Of a stretch of 64,000 nucleotides of DNA, positions 60,871-64,000 are shown piece by piece. A program made the translations under genes and the position numbers. Location of the stretch: NCBI GenBank assembly GCA_965603825.1, contig CBFDEM010000025.1, forward strand, positions 470,258-534,257, written 5' to 3'. Source of the stretch: Blepharisma stoltei ATCC 30299 (taxonomy: Eukaryota; Protista; Ciliophora). The notes under the pieces are model-generated. The model was not told the origin of the DNA and searched no databases. It saw only the letters and a list, made by a program, of their open reading frames with translations. Position 1 is the stretch's first letter, and each line of letters begins with the position of its first letter.

Positions 60871-61534
60871 AAATAATTTTTATTTATGCATTAAATTTTA
60901 ATATATTTAATCAATGGTTTTCTAGAAATTGCTAGATTTATAAATAGAATTCCTTCTCTGGAAATTTTAATTGAGTCTATAAAACTTATCGTTGCCTAAT
61001 ATCTGCTTTAGATCTTGCAAGGGATTAAATATTAATTATAATTAATTATTTATGCCTTATAATAATTGAATAAAAAATGACTTTCTTAGCCATAAATAAA
61101 TAGTAGATAAAAGTTTTCAAGCTAAATTAAAATAATTGGATAGGTGGTTTTTGTTACAAATTGGCAATGTTGAAGGTCTTTAATTTACATATCAAGGGTT
61201 ATTTATCAAATAAAAGTGCTAAAATAAGTAAAATCCTTCTGACCTTTCTAGAAGAACATAATTATAAATTCGAAGTTCTATAAGCAATGCTACTCTTAAC
61301 AATATAAACTGTCAAAAGATCACTGATTACACACTCCGCAAATTTCCTTTGGAATTCTTCCTTTTCGAAACAGAAAAAACTTCAATTTATCAAGCTAAGC
61401 AGGAAGAATTAATTTTCAGATAATTAAGGGTATTAAAATTGACTATAATACTTATGAGAACTCACTTTATGTAAGCTTGCTGAAATAGAGATTAGTAATT
61501 GAATATATGCATTTTAAAATTCATTACGAAGTGC

Positions 61535-64000
61535 TAGGGTGTTAGGGTGTTAGGGTGTTAGGGTGTTAGGGTGTTAGGGTGTTAGGGTGTTAGGGTGTTA
61601 GGGTGTTAGGGTGTTAGGGTGTTAGGGTGTTAGGGTGTTAGGGTGTTAGGGTGTTAGGGTGTTAGGGTGTTAGGGTGTTAGGGTGTTAGGGTGTTAGGGT
61701 GTTAGGGTGTTAGGGTGTTAGGGTGTTAGGGTGTTAGGGTGTTAGGGTGTTAGGGTGTTAGGTGTTAGGGTGTTAGGGTGTTAGGGTGTTAGGGTGTTAG
61801 GGTGTTAGGGTGTTAGGGTGTTAGGGTGTTAGGGTGTTAGGGTGTTAGGGTGTTAGGGTGTTAGGGTGTTAGGGTGTTAGGGTGTTAGGGTGTTAGGGTG
61901 TTAGGGTGTTAGGGTGTTAGGGTGTTAGGGTGTTAGGGTGTTAGGGTGTTAGGGTGTTAGGGTGTTAGGGTGTTAGGGTGTTAGGGTGTTAGGGTGTTAG
62001 GGTGTTAGGGTGTTAGGGTGTTAGGGTGTTAGGGTGTTAGGGTGTTAGGGTGTTAGGGTGTTAGGGTGTTAGGGTGTTAGGGTGTTAGGGTGTTAGGGTG
62101 TTAGGGTGTTAGGGTGTTAGGGTGTTAGGGTGTTAGGGTGTTAGGGTGTTAGGGTGTTAGGGTGTTAGGGTGTTAGGGTGTTAGGGTGTTAGGGTGTTAG
62201 GGTGTTAGGGTGTTAGGGTGTTAGGGTGTTAGGGTGTTAGGGTGTTAGGGTGTTAGGGTGTTAGGGTGTTAGGGTGTTAGGGTGTTAGGGTGTTAGGGTG
62301 TTAGGGTGTTAGGGTGTTAGGGTGTTAGGGTGTTAGGGTGTTAGGGTGTTAGGGTGTTAGGGTGTTAGGGTGTTAGGGTGTTAGGGTGTTAGGGTGTTAG
62401 GGTGTTAGGGTGTTAGGGTGTTAGGGTGTTAGGGTGTTAGGGTGTTAGGGTGTTAGGGTGTTAGGGTGTTAGGGTGTTAGGGTGTTAGGGTGTTAGGGTG
62501 TTAGGGTGTTAGGGTGTTAGGGTGTTAGGGTGTTAGGGTGTTAGGGTGTTAGGGTGTTAGGGTGTTAGGGTGTTAGGGTGTTAGGGTGTTAGGGTGTTAG
62601 GGTGTTAGGGTGTTAGGGTGTTAGGGTGTTAGGGTGTTAGGGTGTTAGGGTGTTAGGGTGTTAGGGTGTTAGGGTGTTAGGGTGTTAGGGTGTTAGGGTG
62701 TTAGGGTGTTAGGGTGTTAGGGTGTTAGGGTGTTAGGGTGTTAGGGTGTTAGGGTGTTAGGGTGTTAGGGTGTTAGGGTGTTAGGGTGTTAGGGTGTTAG
62801 GGTGTTAGGGTGTTAGGGTGTTAGGGTGTTAGGGTGTTAGGGTGTTAGGGTGTTAGGGTGTTAGGGTGTTAGGGTGTTAGGGTGTTAGGGTGTTAGGGTG
62901 TTAGGGTGTTAGGGTGTTAGGGTGTTAGGGTGTTAGGGTGTTAGGGTGTTAGGGTGTTAGGGTGTTAGGGTGTTAGGGTGTTAGGGTGTTAGGGTGTTAG
63001 GGTGTTAGGGTGTTAGGGTGTTAGGGTGTTAGGGTGTTAGGGTGTTAGGGTGTTAGGGTGTTAGGGTGTTAGGGTGTTAGGGTGTTAGGGTGTTAGGGTG
63101 TTAGGGTGTTAGGGTGTTAGGGTGTTAGGGTGTTAGGGTGTTAGGGTGTTAGGGTGTTAGGGTGTTAGGGTGTTAGGGTGTTAGGGTGTTAGGGTGTTAG
63201 GGTGTTAGGGTGTTAGGGTGTTAGGGTGTTAGGGTGTTAGGGTGTTAGGGTGTTAGGGTGTTAGGGTGTTAGGGTGTTAGGGTGTTAGGGTGTTAGGGTG
63301 TTAGGGTGTTAGGGTGTTAGGGTGTTAGGGTGTTAGGGTGTTAGGGTGTTAGGGTGTTAGGGTGTTAGGGTGTTAGGGTGTTAGGGTGTTAGGGTGTTAG
63401 GGTGTTAGGGTGTTAGGGTGTTAGGGTGTTAGGGTGTTAGGGTGTTAGGGTGTTAGGGTGTTAGGGTGTTAGGGTGTTAGGGTGTTAGGGTGTTAGGGTG
63501 TTAGGGTGTTAGGGTGTTAGGGTGTTAGGGTGTTAGGGTGTTAGGGTGTTAGGGTGTTAGGGTGTTAGGGTGTTAGGGTGTTAGGGTGTTAGGGTGTTAG
63601 GGTGTTAGGGTGTTAGGGTGTTAGGGTGTTAGGGTGTTAGGGTGTTAGGGTGTTAGGGTGTTAGGGTGTTAGGGTGTTAGGGTGTTAGGGTGTTAGGGTG
63701 TTAGGGTGTTAGGGTGTTAGGGTGTTAGGGTGTTAGGGTGTTAGGGTGTTAGGGTGTTAGGGTGTTGAGGGTGTTAGGGTGTTAGGGTGTTAGGGTGTTA
63801 GGGTGTTAGGGTGTTAGGGTGTTAGGGTGTTAGGGTGTTAGGGTGTTAGGGTGTTAGGGTGTTAGGGTGTTAGGGTGTTAGGGTGTTAGGGTGTTAGGGT
63901 GTTAGGGTGTTAGGGTGTTAGGGTGTTAGGGTGTTAGGGTGTTAGGGTGTTAGGGTGTTAGGGTGTTAGGGTGTTAGGGTGTTAGGGTGTTAGGGTGTTA
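61535..64000 (+). repeat. Telomeric repeat (TGTTAGGG)n = (CCCTAACA)n, at least 2.4 kb, running off the window
   Basis: Near-perfect 8-mer array with the G-rich strand running 5'->3' toward the end. This is the heterotrich-type telomere unit. Confidence 0.98.

Overview
This is a chromosome end from a heterotrich ciliate, most likely Blepharisma. Three observations support that: (TGTTAGGG)n/(CCCTAACA)n telomere repeats from about 61.5 kb, UGA read as Trp while UAA/UAG remain stops, and 15-16 nt GT-AG introns. The supplied ORF track uses the wrong genetic code and fragments most genes. Re-read with UGA=Trp, the window holds five main things. (1) A family of Cys-rich surface proteins: two polycystin-1-like receptors (REJ + GPS/GAIN + PKD1-type TM region; about 2,030 and 5,690 aa), one predicted secreted member (about 1,105 aa) and one pseudogene, with a different tandem-repeat stalk in each intact gene. 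(2) Between the two receptors, a compact cluster of four beta-mannosyltransferase-like genes (GPEDPR/EKNW/RGG[ST] motifs, BMT/GT91-like), one further relic, and a signal-peptide-bearing SAM methyltransferase. This is a candidate surface-glycan assembly locus. (3) A 5.4-kb tandem duplication carrying four copies of an uncharacterised gene, only one intact. (4) A non-LTR retrotransposon RT relic. (5) A kelch-motif gene with an adjacent pseudogene, next to an unusually long (>=2.4 kb) telomere tract. Family assignments come from motif recognition by eye; no database searches were run.
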